64,000 bases of DNA from NCBI GenBank assembly GCA_028534125.1, contig CM052816.1, positions 10,914,001-10,978,000 of the forward strand, written 5' to 3'. Below are positions 1 through 13,310 of this stretch, one piece after another. Origin of the DNA: Lama glama. Its lineage: Eukaryota. The translations under genes and the position numbers were made by a program. The notes beneath the pieces were generated by a model that saw only the letters and a program-made list of their open reading frames with translations, was not told where the DNA came from and searched no databases. Positions within the stretch are counted from its first letter, which is position 1. Every line of letters starts with the position of its first letter.

Positions 1-399
1 CAAGGGATCTACCCATGTTTCTCAGCTGTATCCCAGGTGGTTCTGAAGATAAACTGGGCTTGAGGACATTGGCAAAGTGACCTTTAAAGTCCCCTCTGAA
101 CATGAGCTTCTCTGATTTGATTCTGTAAGATCCTCCTCTGCCTGTTTCCTTCCTCCTACCTCAAGGTTCTATATGGAATACTCTGAGGGCAATGTTATTA
201 TCACAACGTTTTACATTTGAGTGAATGAGTGGATTTAGAGTGCGCTTCTGCAAGCCAAGCAGGTTCAGGCTGTGTGACTAAACCTCTGCCCTTTATAACT
301 CAGGTTCTTACCCCCTCTTACTCCTGGTCACATCAGGGGGCAGCCCACCTAACCACCAGCGTGCTGGGGCAGCGACAGTAGTGCAGGCGTCAGTGAAAT

Positions 400-620
400 A
401 CCCACTGTGCGCCCAGCCTTCTGCTCAGCACATTTAAGTGCCGTCTTATTGCAGCCTGACGGCAGTCCTGTGGGGTAAGTACTGTTTTTATTCCCATTTT
501 GCAGATGAGTACATTCGATTCAGGGAACTGAGCTTACTTGCCCAAGGGCTACAGCTACTAAGGGACAGAGTCATCTTTTTAACCAGTTTCAGTCTGACTC
601 CAGAGTCTGTGATCTTAATA
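400..620 (-). mobile_element. MIR SINE
   Basis: Antisense MIR core attcccattttgcagatgag...cttgcccaagg...tctgactccagag. Confidence 0.8.
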
Positions 621-3059
621 CCGTGCCCCAGTCTCCAGGCAAGGGCTCGAGCACTGATCACATCTTACCTATCGTCTGTAAAATGGAAATCATGGCACAT
701 TCTTCCCACAAAGGCTGTGTGAATAAAATAGAGCAGCCTTATGCCTTGCGATCAGTGGGTGTTCCTTCCCATCTTGTCTTTCTCCTAGACACCAGGACTT
801 TCAGGAAAATCAGATAAATATATTGAAAAAATTCAAAGCAGTAGTATGTTTGGGGACCAGCAATCCATCCTGCTTTACTCTGAATGTGTGTTTGCCCTGG
901 CTCTCCAGAGCTGCCTTGGATTCAGAGCACATTCACTGGCAATAAAATATTTTCTTTCATCTCAAAGCTCCCTTTGTTATGCTGCGCTTACCGTGTAGTA
1001 ATTAGATCCAAGATAAATATAAATATAAGCAGAATCCTGTATCTGGCTTGAGATCAAGTTCTCTTTGTCTCTTGCTCCCAACCCCTTTGGAAGGCATCCA
1101 TGGCTTCTCGATGTGATAGGAACTAGTAAATGACACTTGGTGACAATGGGAAGCTGAGAAGTCCACTAGCATCAGAAGAAGAAAAGGATCATGTTAGTGA
1201 AGGAAATCTTGATGTTTCCATGGCCCCTGGGGCAGTTTGTCTTGAGGGTCCACAGTCAGGAGGCACAGTATTCTAGACTATGACCCACCCTCTTTTCCTA
1301 ACCTTGGTCAGTAAATGGTCTGAATTTCAGAGATGTGAGAAGGTCGTCCCGGCCAGGGCAGGCTGCTACCCTTCTCCAGGCTTGGCGAGCAAGGATCTTG
1401 TCATTGTGTGAAACCTAAATCACACTAACCCAGGCAGGTTTTTCTCAAAAGAGATATTATTGGCATGATTTTCCCCATCGTCTCCTTTAAAGGGCTCTCT
1501 GTGTACTTTTAGTAGATGGAAAATCAAGGCATAATTGGGTGATTCAAGGGGGAAAATTATCTCTATTTTCAGAATCTTTCAGATGCAATTATCTGAGCTG
1601 TGAATGTCGTGGGAAAGACGTTGTCCCCAGACCAGGTCCTGGCTCTGGTAGCGGAGCTACTGTTGCAGGAGTTATAGGCGTGAGTTCCAGCCCTTGAAAT
1701 TACTTGTGCATGTGTACGCGTGTGCAGGCGTGCACAGGGCGTGAAGTACCAAGAAGTGCTTTGCTCAGGAAACCTGAGAATGTTAGCACAGCCTGCAGCT
1801 GATCTATGGTATTTGTTTTTAAATTAGACTTACTTAACTAGAGGTCAGAACTGTGGGCCTGGGTCTCTACTGCTACCAAGTTATGAAAAGAACTCGTTTG
1901 AAATCACAAGAGGAATTCCAGGACCTCTGCTCACTATCCATAAGATTTTTGTAGAAAATTATTAACGCAAATGGATTTAGAATCAAGTTCAGGAGAAAAC
2001 ACGATCACTTTGATCTTAGGACGTTGCAAACCAGGCTTCAACTTATGCATTGATTTTTAAATACCTGTCCTTACCAGAGAAAAAGATTTTAAAATATTTT
2101 CTTAGAGGTTAGTGTATAGAGGAATGTACTTTCTTTTCTTTGGTGCATAAAAATAAGAAATTGGTTGAAGGAAAATATTTTATAAGGGTAGTTTTATGTT
2201 AAAGGAGATTGTCGTCAACTGGAAAAATATTTAATTCTCTGGTTTCCTTAGAACGACTGAGCCACGAGGAAAGGCATTTCTACGTGAAAGGTTTAGATTT
2301 GTATAGTTTTGAGTGGAGGGGAGTGGATCACATTCTTGTAATTTGTTGCTGCAGTGAGATGATTGGTTGAGCTCCTGTTCTTCACCAGAAGAAAAATGTT
2401 AAAAGCAGTTGTAAAAAACAAACACACACACATACATGCTCTCAAGTGTTTCTTGCTCAAGAATATATGAGAAATCATAGCTTAATAACATGTCAACAGA
2501 TATATTTACTTTGGGGTTCCTCAGGACATTTTGTGTACTAATATATGATATCAAACTCCAAGAAAGTTGCAGGGCATGCAGTATTTTCCACCAACCCTAT
2601 TTGACCATGAAAAACCCTTTCCTCAACTCATGGGATTACTGTTCTTTTTAACGTTCTACTCAAAACATGGTGTTTGGCCCAGTGCCGGTCCACAACAAGA
2701 TAAAGAGCTTGTACCCGAATATGAATCGTTCACATCACTAATCCACCAGATAGTTCAGCTTACACTTTTATTTTCCGTAGCAAGACTTCCTCAATGAATG
2801 AAGCAATGAGTTGACTCTGGCTTGAGCTCCTTATGTTGTCACGGACCATTAGCAAACAGTTCATGGATCCGTTATTTTGAGTAGTGCAGCTAGAGGCCTC
2901 ACTTTGGAAAATGCAGTGAAGGAGCTGGGCGGGGGGACAAGGGTTAGCCTGACCGACCGCAGGGTCGCTGCCCTCTTCCTGTCTTCCAGGGGCAGAATCC
3001 CGTGAGGGGGAAGGAGCCTTAAGAAAGCCTCCCTCTTGACATTCAAGTTCATTCACATT

Positions 3060-3290
3060 AACCAGAGCTTCCTAGTCCCTAATTCTGTTCCAGGCACTTT
3101 GCATACTTCCTTGTTTAATCTTCACCTTAACTCCATGACCTAAAAATCTATTATAGCCATTTCACAGGTGAGGAAACTGCTCTGTGTGGAGGAAGTAGCT
3201 TGTGCAAGGTTGTTTGCTAGCAAGTGGCAGAATCAGAGTTCAACCCCGGCTGCCTGGCTGTAGATCCCCCCTCTTTACCACTCTGGCCTC
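3060..3290 (-). mobile_element. MIR SINE
   Basis: ccatttcacaggtgaggaaactg...gcaagtggcagaatcagagttcaaccc. Confidence 0.75.
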
Positions 3291-4129
3291 CCAGTGGTAA
3301 TTGTTCTCCACCGTCTTAGCCAGCGTGGGCTTTATCCTTCTGCCAGAGACTTCTTGAAGCAGAAACACCTTAGCCAATCTAAAAACCATCATTGCTCACA
3401 CATGTTTCATTGTGTGTACCCTATCATCTGTGTGATCTGCATTTATAAGAAGGTTCCGCATATATAGTTAAGTGTGATCGCTGCCCTTACATGGGGCTTA
3501 TAATCCAGGGAGGAACCAGCTGGTTCTGAGCTTTTATTTGAAAATATTAACGGCACCAACCATGTGAACCCAGACCTGACGACAGTACAGTCACTCCTGT
3601 TGTGTATTGAACACTGCCTGAGCTCCCTCTCAACATTTTCTTTTCTGCCCTGTGATCTCACTTCCTCTAATTATCTGCAGGAGCTGAGAGGTCTGCAGCT
3701 TGGAGCTAAATAGGGACATTTTCTGTTTAATGCCAAAACATCCAGACACAAGGTGAAAACTTCATCCAATTACCCTGCTCTTTCGATTCCAAACATACAG
3801 ATGTTTAGAAACTTCCGAAGGTTTGATTTTTTTTTTTAATTCACTTTCCAAATTCGGAGAGCATCTGAGAAAAGCATCCTGGGGCGAGGTGGGGCGATCT
3901 AAGATGATTGATGCAGACCAGGGTGTGGGAGTTCAGGAGTTGTGAGGTTAGATAGTGACATAGACATGATGAAACAAAGCCATGCTTGGTTCCCCTTATT
4001 CCTTCCTGTAGGAAAGTCATCTCTGCAGATGAGCTCAGGATGACTATCACACCAGTCCTGATTAAAGCTGCGTTTGCTGTACTTGATGGTGAAATCAATT
4101 AAGAACAGAGGCACCACCTAGGTCTCCTG

Positions 4130-4690
4130 CTTATTCATTTTTTCACTAATTGCACAAGTATTGATTGAGTACCTACTGTACACCAGGCACTGTGATAGGC
4201 CCCAGAATGACAGGTGTGAATCTGCATGGCACAGTCCCTGCCCATGACCTCCTGCCCTCAGTCTCTTTTGGTGGAAAGGCCGTGAATCGAATGCCCCTAG
4301 TGTAAAACTGACAGTGGGATGGGGGCTGTACTGGAGAGGTGTAAGGTGTGCAGGAGAGCAGATAATGGAGGAATTGGATACATTCAGGAAGAGCAGAGAG
4401 TAATTTTCTGAGTGCTTAATAATGGAGCTGAAACAGGAGGTAGGTAAGGCGAGGAGAGGGACGAACCTTCCAGGCAGAGGCAATGCCATAGACAAAGGCC
4501 CTGAGGTGGGAAGTTGCACAGGAGAACAGGGGATGCAGTGAAGGCCAGGATGGCTGGAATGCAGGGCACAGGGGGATGTATGGTATCAGCAAGATGCAGG
4601 TGACAAGGCAGCCAGGTTATGGCCTCACTGGGGGATTTGCTCCTTCTCCCAAGAGTATTGCAAACCCTTTCTTCACTGCACTGGTCATTT
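4130..4690 (-). mobile_element. L2 LINE 3' fragment
   Basis: Antisense L2 tail attgagtacctactgtacaccaggcactgtg, followed by typical L2 3' region (ccaggcagagg...caaaggccctgaggtggga). Confidence 0.75.
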
Positions 4691-5474
4691 TTTGAAACTG
4701 CTCTTCTTCGTTCAAATAGGTAAATGTTCTGCACCTAAGACAGGAGAGACACCAAGGTAAAAAAAAGCTGCTAGCATAACCTCAGAAGTTCCTGGCGGAT
4801 ATAATGAGTTTTAATTTCAGAAGCCAATGGCATTTTGTTAGCGTGGCCGTGTTGCCCTCATGGCCTGGACTGCCGCTGTTTTGATACATGTCAGGGCATG
4901 GCCTCCCTGGAGCTCCTCCAGTATCAAGGCGTCCTCCCTCCAAGGTGAATCCTCCCATGAGTGATTGAATTGTTTGGAGGGTCATAGAAGCTGACAGCTC
5001 CCTATTACACAAAGGAAAAGATAAGCTTCCAATTAGTCCGGGGGCTGGAGGAAGCCAAGATGGAGTGCACCTGTCAGAACTGCTTACGACATATAAATCA
5101 TTACCTCAATTTTCCATGCAAGAGTTGGGCCAGAGAGAGAGAAAGAAGGGACCGAGGTTGCGTAGCAGTGCAGAACTGTATTAAAGAACTCTCACTTGGC
5201 TCCAAATCAGGATTTGCTCTGCTATCCATGCAGAGAGAACAGCGCCGTGCCCAGAGGAGTGACAGAGACAAATGCCCACTGGCTCCAGGAAGGGGCGATT
5301 TGTTTCTCTGGAGTTTCCTAATGACTCCTATCGCTGATTTAGCGATAGCAGGCACCAAAGCTTTCCCAGACTCCAGAGGGGGGCGTGTTTGGTGCTGTGC
5401 TGGCTCTACGTGTGGTCCTAGATTTCCCTATTTGTGTCATCACCATGGTAATCATTGGTATTAAAGTGCCCACC

Positions 5475-5598
5475 TTTTTTTTCTTTTTTTTTAGATTTTT
5501 AATTATTATTATATTTTTTGATGGAGGTGCTGCAGATTGAACCCAGGACCTCGTGCATGCTAAGCATGCACTCTACCCCAGAGCTGTATCCAGCCCCC
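5475..5598 (-). mobile_element. Camelid tRNA-Ala-derived SINE (vic-1 type)
   Basis: Reverse complement reads ggggctggatacagctctggggtagagtgcatgcttagcatgcacgaggtcctgggttcaatc... followed by an A-rich tail. Confidence 0.9.
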
Positions 5599-5606
5599 AA
5601 CATTAC

Positions 5607-5691
5607 TTTTCTCTTTTTTTTGAACATTTTTTATTGAGTTATAGTCATTTTACAATGTTGTGTCAAATTCCAGTGTAGAGCACAATTTTTC
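5607..5691 (-). mobile_element. Young L1 extreme 3' end fragment
   Basis: ttattgagttatagtcattttacaatgttgtgtcaaattccagtgtagagcacaatttttc is nearly identical to the L1 tail at about 41070-41131. Confidence 0.85.
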
Positions 5692-5708
5692 TAAAGTGCC
5701 CAACTTTT

Positions 5709-5990
5709 ACAAGCAAGTACCCCGTGATGTTCTAAAGTGACTGGACAACTTTGCATTCCCACCGCGCAGTACATGGGCTCTGCCCGGTTCCACATTCTCA
5801 TCAGCACGGCGGTATTATTTTTATTTGTTGCCATTCTAGTAAGTGTGTGTTTGTGTACTGCTCTCTCACTGTGGTTTCCAATGGTGTTTTTTGACGAACA
5901 GGTATTTTATTCAAGAAAGTCCAGTTTATCTTGTTTTTGTTGTTTCTGTTTGTTGTTTTCTGTGTAGCTAGCACTTTTAGTCAAATTCTT
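5709..5990 (-). mobile_element. Old L1 (L1M-type) ORF2 3' fragment
   Basis: ttgcattcccaccgcgcagtacatg...ttccacattctcatcagcac...gccattctagtaagtgtg resembles the antisense L1 ORF2 C-terminus. Confidence 0.6.
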
Positions 5991-6944
5991 AAAAGCATCT
6001 GATTAGATTTACATGACGATTTTATTGTTTTTGTTGCCATTTTCCTTTCTCCCATTCACTAAGAAGAAATCTCTGAGAGCCAGGGGCCAACTGTGGCTAA
6101 CCTGCTATCCCGTGGTCCAAGGTATCAGGGCATTTCTATAGGCAAAAACCAACCAACCAGCAAAAAAACCCAGCATAAAAACCAAAAAAAGACAGAATGA
6201 AGAACAGTAAGACAGAAGATACTCAATGAAGATTCAAAAGTTTAAATTGACTGGATGGTGCTCAGATCTTCCCTGCATTTTACGTTCAATAAAATACCAA
6301 GTAACTAGCAAAACATGCACACCTGGAAGATTCCATGTGGAGAAGCCCCAGCACAGAGTAAACTCAGACTACTAACTTGGGCCACAAACCTCAAGAAACA
6401 CTGTCCTGTGCTTCCTGTGAGCTGCTCTAGATGGAGTGAGCAAAACTGTAGGGGAGCTGGTTCATTCTCCAGGACAGATAGAGTTAAGTCTATTCTCAGA
6501 GCTTTTGAAAGGGGCTTTGGTCAGTGGCATGGATGTAGAAAGGGGACCATGGGTTTGTCCAGGCCACATATTCCAGCTGCCAATAATGGAAGAGCCTTTC
6601 TTCTTTTCCACCATCATGTATTTTAAAGAGAAGCATATCTTCAAAATTACGACACAGCCCATCATGTGTCGCCTGCCAGTTAAATTCTCTAGGACCTAGA
6701 AGAGAAATGCAGTGTCTTTTATGTGAGCAAACCTAAAGTATGAGTCAAGCCAGTACATGGAGAGATATGGGAGCTCAAGGAACACGTCCCATGGATCCTT
6801 TAAAATAAAACAAAATAATTGCCAGTGTCTTCAGAATGTGTGAGCAAAATGTTCTCTTTGCCAGGAGAGATGTGAGGCTGACTTATCTCCTTTTGCTTTC
6901 TGATAAGGGAGGAAAGCCCACTCTTGGAACCATTTTGGGAGAGA

Positions 6945-7140
6945 GCCTAATGCAGTGGTTGAAAGACTTTAGAATAACAGCTCTGGATTCAAATCCCAGC
7001 TCTGTGCTTGTAAGGCTTTGGGTCTTTTATTTAAGCTCTCCAAGTATCAGTTTTATCGTGCATAAAGTACCTACATCATAGGACTTGTTATCAGAAAACT
7101 AGTACTAGTGCAGTATCTGGCTTCTGGTACTGACCATTCA
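6945..7140 (+). mobile_element. MIR SINE
   Basis: gcagtggttgaaagac...ggattcaaatcccagctctg...tacctacatcatagg. Confidence 0.7.
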
Positions 7141-7627
7141 GTAGTAGGTGACTAGATCCTGGTTGGGTATCAGGAGTCTCAGAGCAGGGAGATAACAGGT
7201 AAACAGACCCCAGTTGCTGCTTTTGGACAGAGGCATACAGTTCAAGGAGGGCAGGTGAGAGGGAGGAGACTTCTAAACTGATCATATGGCCAGAGTTTAT
7301 TTGCCTAAGACATAGCAATCCTCATATTTAAGATTCTCTAGTGAATGTTAACATCTCTGGCCTAAAGGAAAATCCCATTCAAGATTCCTAATGACACTTT
7401 ATAAGCAAAGATAAGGAGATAATGGAAAATAAAACATTGTTTGAATTTCTGTGGGTAAAGTATGTTCCCAACTTACCGTGCCCGTTTCTGAAAGGCCAGG
7501 GAACTTACAAATTCTCACTGAGCTAAGAAACGCTATGTGCTTTAGTAGTAACTCTTTCACTGGGAAGAAGGCACAGCCAGGTCTAATGGGAGTGGCCTCA
7601 GGGGTGGTGGCATGAAAAAAATGTCTG

Positions 7628-7736
7628 GTTTATCCCTCCCCCTCCTATTCCCCTTTGGTAACCATAAGTTTGTTTTCTGTGTCTGTGAAACTAACACAAC
7701 ATTGTAAATCAAATATCCTTCAATAGGGGGAAAAAA
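7628..7736. mobile_element. Short L1 3'UTR insertion with internal inversion
   Basis: Antisense L1 3'UTR (tatccctcc...ccctttggtaaccataagtttgttttctgtgtctgtg) is joined directly to the sense L1 terminus (gaaactaacacaacattgtaaatcaa) and an A tail. Confidence 0.7.
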
Positions 7737-9984
7737 GCTTCCTGGAAAGTTGTTAAGAGTTGACTCAAGACTTTGGTTGTGAATCTTCATTTAGATTCTC
7801 TCCCTCAGCCTCTATCCATCAGTCATTACAAATACAGAATTTTCTGCCTAGGTCAGAGGCTCCACTGTCAGATGTTAGATCTTTTGTCTTTATTTTCCAT
7901 TACCATGAAGAAAAACTTTCCAAGTAGGTCACTTTTCCTTAAATAACAACAGCCAAAAAAGTTCTCTTCGTATTTTCTCCTTCGTCCTGATCACTAAGCA
8001 AAAAAAAATCTATTTTTCTCTTCTCGCACAAGCCCATCATCAACCAGTTTAACATTTGCAAATTCAAATACAACATTGAGCACAAAAATTGGCTTTCCAG
8101 AAATTTTCCCCTTAATTGGTCTTGTTTTTTTTATAGAAAGCATTCTGCCAGCATCTGTGGTGAGATAGATTCTGAAAAAACAATGGGCCAGGCCAAATTA
8201 TCAGGTAGAATTAGATTTCTCTCTATTTCTGTTTGATAACAGCACTGTGCCGGTGCATAATTTTTACTGATTATCAGAAGGGAAAAAGCCATCACTCAGG
8301 CAGATGAGTTTTATTGGCCTTGGTCCCTTCTGGGGAAGAAAACAAAAATGTATGAGCAGAAGCCTTTGCAAGGGCCATATATGTTGAGAGATTGAAATTC
8401 CAAACAGTCTGTAAACTTAGCTTGCCTAAATCTGCAACCTTCAAAGATGAAAATGCGTCCCTATATTTGGTGTCATAACTCAAGAGCTGAGTTTGTCTCA
8501 TTTTCTATAATTCAAGACAAAAAAAATTTGCATACCTAAAAATATGTCTAGAATAGAATGTCATTTTAAACGAAAGAGTTCTCGTGAAGGAAGAATAAAT
8601 AGTTGGGTAGAGTCTTGAGTCAGACGCCTTCAAAGACTTGAAAAGTTACAAAGTTAAATGAACACTTGAAACTGAGAAAGCTGCATGTACTGCTTCTACA
8701 TGCAGAAAGAGACATTCTTTCTCCACCTTTGTTTATATGGTGAACCATAGTATGGTTTCCATTTTCCCTAGCTGTCCTTAATCATCTCCGTTTCTACGAG
8801 TGGTTTCCCGTGTCGAGATGGGTAATGTAACTTTCATCTGTGATGTCTGGACAAACTGCTTCCCCTTTCTGTGCCTTTCAAGGCCTCCTCTCACCCCAGG
8901 AGTATCCTTGTTGAGAAGCTATTCCTTTGCTTCCAAATCTAGACTCTCCTCCTTTCACAGAAACCCAGTGAGCCCATTCCGTGAACAAATCTTGGTCTTC
9001 TCTGACTTAGTCATTATGAGAGTCAGCAATATTTAGTCCCAGTTTCCTGTACTCCAGACAGTTTAAGACATCTGTCAGTATAAAGGGCCAGTTGTATCAT
9101 TTGATCCTTGTTCGGCATCAAATCCAGTGCCTTAAAAACAAACAAAAATCTGTGTTTTGCCTTTTGAGGACTTAAAAACAAGAATCTTTCTTTGTAATCT
9201 TCTTTCCCTGGGAAATTTGCATGTCTTGCCTCTGTAGACGTCTCCGATTGTGAAAACTGCAGCAAATAATTTTCCTCCTTGATGTCTTTTTTTGGCACAT
9301 TCTTACTTGTCAATCAATAAATACACCTTTGCCAAGCTCCAGCAGCCTGGCTTCCTTCTTTACCACTTACATTCTCATTTTGTGTTTAGAAAAGAGCTCA
9401 TTATTTTTCTCTTAACCTCCAGTGATGTCTTCTCTTTATTCCCTCCCTTTGTTTTGCTTATCGTCTAACTTAATTCTCAAATGGCACCCATCTGCACCTG
9501 CCTCGATTCTCTGCATTTTCCCCTCTCATAACCAGAAGGTAATGAGACTACCATTAGAGTCACGTGCTCCTTTTCTGATCACACCAGGATAAGGAAATGG
9601 CATTTAAATAGCAGTAGCAGATAATACAATAGAAGATAAGCCATAGTAGGGATCTCAGCTACTCAGGTAGGTAGTTTTATGCTCGCCGGGATGCATAGGG
9701 CTTCCTGTCAGAGCTGTGCCTCGATTTTCTCATCTCAGGAGTGAGGTTAACCATCACTTACTGTCTGTTTCATAGGGTGCTTGTGAGGATTAGATGAGAT
9801 AAATCATGCCATATGCTTGTTGGGAGGCATATAGCAAGCCCTCAGGAAGCATTAGGTACTGTTATGATTACAGTAAACAAATGTAAAAGACGCAGTCCCA
9901 CACTTTGGGAGGTTTGGAAGCTGCAGCTATATACGTGGGTGAGAGGGATGTGGTCAGTGACCAGTCAGGGACCCCAGCTCTCTA

Positions 9985-10460
9985 GAGTGATCCCCCGTTA
10001 TGTGCACAGGATGCATTCCAAGAACCCCTAGTGGATGGCTGAAACCGCACATAGTACTGAGCCCTAAATATACTGTTTTTTCCTATACATACATACCTAC
10101 AATAAAGTTTAATTTATGAATTAGGCAGAGTAATAGATGTCTGAATTGCTAGTATCACTACTTTTGTGCTTTGGGGCTTTTATTAAGTAAAACAAGGGTT
10201 ACTTGAATACAAGCACTGTGCTACCTTGACAGTTAATCTGATCACCAGGAGGGCTACTAAGTGACTAATGGGCAGGATTTGCTAGACCAAGGGATGATTC
10301 ACATCCAGCTAGATTTCATCACGCTACTCAGAACAATGTGCAATTTAAAAGTTACGGATTGTTTATTTCTGGAATTTTCCATTTAGTATGTTTGGACTGT
10401 AGTTGACCGCAGGTAACTGAAACCACAGAAAGGGAAACCATGGATAAGCGGGAACTACTG
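9985..10460. mobile_element. MER44-type (Tigger7-derived, TcMar) non-autonomous DNA transposon
   Basis: Degenerate terminal inverted repeats gagtgatcccccgttat... and ...ggataagcgggaactactg, plus internal MER44-like motifs (aataaagtttaatttatgaattaggca; atttctggaattttccattta). Confidence 0.8.
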
Positions 10461-11609
10461 CTATTTGTTTATACAAATAACACTGAAAAGGCACACGAAA
10501 TAACATTGAGTGACCTAAGGACAGAGACTCTTGTTTGTTGTCCTGCTCCCAAGACCCAGGATTGTGCTTGACACAAAGTAGGCTACCTATAAATACGTGA
10601 GATCAGCATCTACTAATCACCTAACACGTCCCAGGCACTGCAGTGGTCACCTTCAAAGATGACTGCATTCCCCAGAGTCTGGGCTCTGTGTCTCTTGGTA
10701 CAATACAAAGCTTTAAGTAATACTGAATCGTATAACTGAAGTTTTTCTCTTCATTTCTTTCAAAAATTATTCTGATTATATGAAGCCCAAGGTCTCACTT
10801 TGATATTAACATGTTTTAACCCCTCTAATAAAATAACACTTACAAGTCTTGATTTTTTTTAAAACTGAGAGCTGGCCTTAAGCTCTAAGTCTTTCCAGGT
10901 GACCATATATAGCTAGAATTTAAGAACAGTTTTTTCATTGTATTTATTTTTGTAACGTTCTTCTGGTTTTCCATAAATCGCCATGACATAAAGTTCCCTA
11001 TCAAAATTAATGTGGTTAACTAAAAAGCTGATTTACTTAAAGAAAATATTAAGTAAATAGTAGTATAGGTAAACAGATAAGGTAAAACACATTGAAGAAG
11101 CACTAGTCTAATTTCCCTGCACTTATCTGGGAAGCTTTTTAAAAATCAAGGTACCCAAGCCCAACTGAGTTTGAGTCTCAAAGTGTAGATTTGGACGATT
11201 GTATTTTCTAGTCCTCCTTAAGAGATCTCAGGTGTTTCCAATGAAAAACCAGTTTAGGAATCTCTGAATGAGAAAGTCACCAATTTTCTTTATGTAAAAA
11301 ATATTTTTAATTCAATCAGCAAACATTTGTTGAGCATCTGCTGTGGGTAATGCTCTGTGCCCTGCGTGCTGGCGATAAAATGGGAAACAATATGGAGGCA
11401 GCCCCTGCCACCATGGAGCTTACATTCTAGAAGAAGCTCATAATACTGTGTTCCCTGTGTTTTTGCCCGCCTAAGAATGCTGCTTCCATGCTGAATCACA
11501 GCCTGAAAGAATACAGAATCGTCATAACTTTGTGGCACTGTTTGGTTATGTTCCTGGCATGGAGTTTACTGTAGAGAGAAGTCTGAAACCAGCCTTAATT
11601 TTACATCTT

Positions 11610-12467
11610 TTTCTTAATTGAAATATAGTTGATTTACAATGTTGTATTAGTTTCTGGTGCATACCACAGTGATTCAGTTACACATTTTTTTCATATTCTT
11701 TTTCATTATAGGCTATTACAAGCTAATAAGTGTAGTTCCCTATGCTCTACAGTAGGGACCTTGTTGTTTATCTGTTTTGTACATAGTAGTGTGTATCTGC
11801 AAATCCCAAACTCCTAATTTCCACCCCTACCTTCTCCTTTGGTAACTATAAGTTTTCTGTGTCTATGAGTTTCTTTCTGTTTTGTAAATAAGTTCATTTG
11901 TGTCTTTTTTTATATTCCATATATTAAGTGATATATGATATTTGTCTTTCCCTGTCTGACTTACTTCACTAAGTATGATAATCTCCAGGTCCATTCATGT
12001 TGCAGCAAATGGCATTAGTTTATTCTTTTTTATGGCTGAATGATATTCCACTGTGTGTGTGTGTGTGTGTGTATACACTGCAACTTCTTTATCCAGTCAT
12101 CTTTCAATGGACATTTAGGTTGCTTCCCTGTCTTAACTATTGTAAACAGTGCTGCCATGAACTCTGGGGTGCATGTATCTTTTCCAGTTAGAGTTTTCTC
12201 CAGATATATACCCAGGAGTGGGATTGGTGGATCATATAGTAACTCTATTTTTAGTTTTTTAAGGAATCTCCATACTGTTCTCCACAGTGGCTGCACTAAA
12301 TTACATTCCCACTAACAGTGTAGGAGGGTTCCCTTTTCTTCACAGCCTCGCCAGCATTTATTGTTTGTGGACTTTTGAAACCACCTCACTGTGGTTTTGA
12401 TGTGCATTTCTCTGATACTTAGCAATACTGAGCATCTTTTTGTGTGCCTATTGGCTGTCTGTATGTC
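11610..12467 (-). mobile_element. 5'-truncated lineage-specific L1 (ORF2 C-terminus + 3'UTR) inserted in an older L1M fragment (about 11480-12950)
   Basis: ORF 12030-12296(-) [30 protein letters not shown] is the L1 ORF2 C-terminus. TSD tttacatctt at 11600-11609 and 12468-12477. Internal (TG)n at about 12052-12072. Confidence 0.93.
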
Positions 12468-12959
12468 TTTACATCTTATTTTTGACTCATTTTTAAAGAT
12501 CTGCATAACCCATAAATCTTTATACTTGAAGTGGAATAACTTCACCAGAGCATGCCTTGGTATTAACCATTCTCTATCAATTTTTGTTGAAATAGTGTAC
12601 CCTTCAAGCTGTTCAATCTTGGATTTAAGTCTTTGTTTCAGGCAATTTTTAAAAATATAGTTTAAGTATTTTTTTCCCAGTCACTTCTTTTGGTCTCTTC
12701 ATGACCGACACATACATCGGCTCCTCTTTCTTTCCTGTATCTATAATCTTATTTCTGTTGATTTTTATATCTTAATACTTTTTCATTTTGTTTTGTGTCA
12801 TTTCCTCAAGCTTATAAACATGCTGATAGGTATGTTTTCAAGATTTTCTTTACGTTTTACTGTTGTTGCTTCAAAGCAGCTTGTGTCACTATAGTTGTTT
12901 TATTTTCTCTTTCATTTCCCTCCTAAGTTCTGCTAGCTTGTCATCACTTCCACATAAAA

Positions 12960-13310
12960 AGCCTCCCAGCTGTTCTTCCTATATTCGCTCACTCTCCCCA
13001 CCACCTTCAACAATCTGATAACCACTAGCACTTAGTATAATACTTTAAAATTGTAAATTAGATTATTCACTACCCTGTTAAGAGCCTCAGATGGTTTCCC
13101 CTTACCATTTAGAATGAATTCCAAAGTCCTTATCATGACTTACAAGGCCCTACTATTGACCCCTGCCTACAAATTATTTGATGAGTTTCTTATATTATTT
13201 GGCTCTTTGCTTTGTCCTCTCGATTAGTGAGCTGCTTTTGGGAAAAGATGATTCCATACCAGTATAGCACCTTGAATCTAGTAAGTGTTCAGGAAGTACT
13301 GTTGGAAATA
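12960..13310 (+). mobile_element. L2 fragment
   Basis: ttagaatgaattccaaagtccttatcatgacttacaaggcccta and a degenerate L2 tail. Confidence 0.6.
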
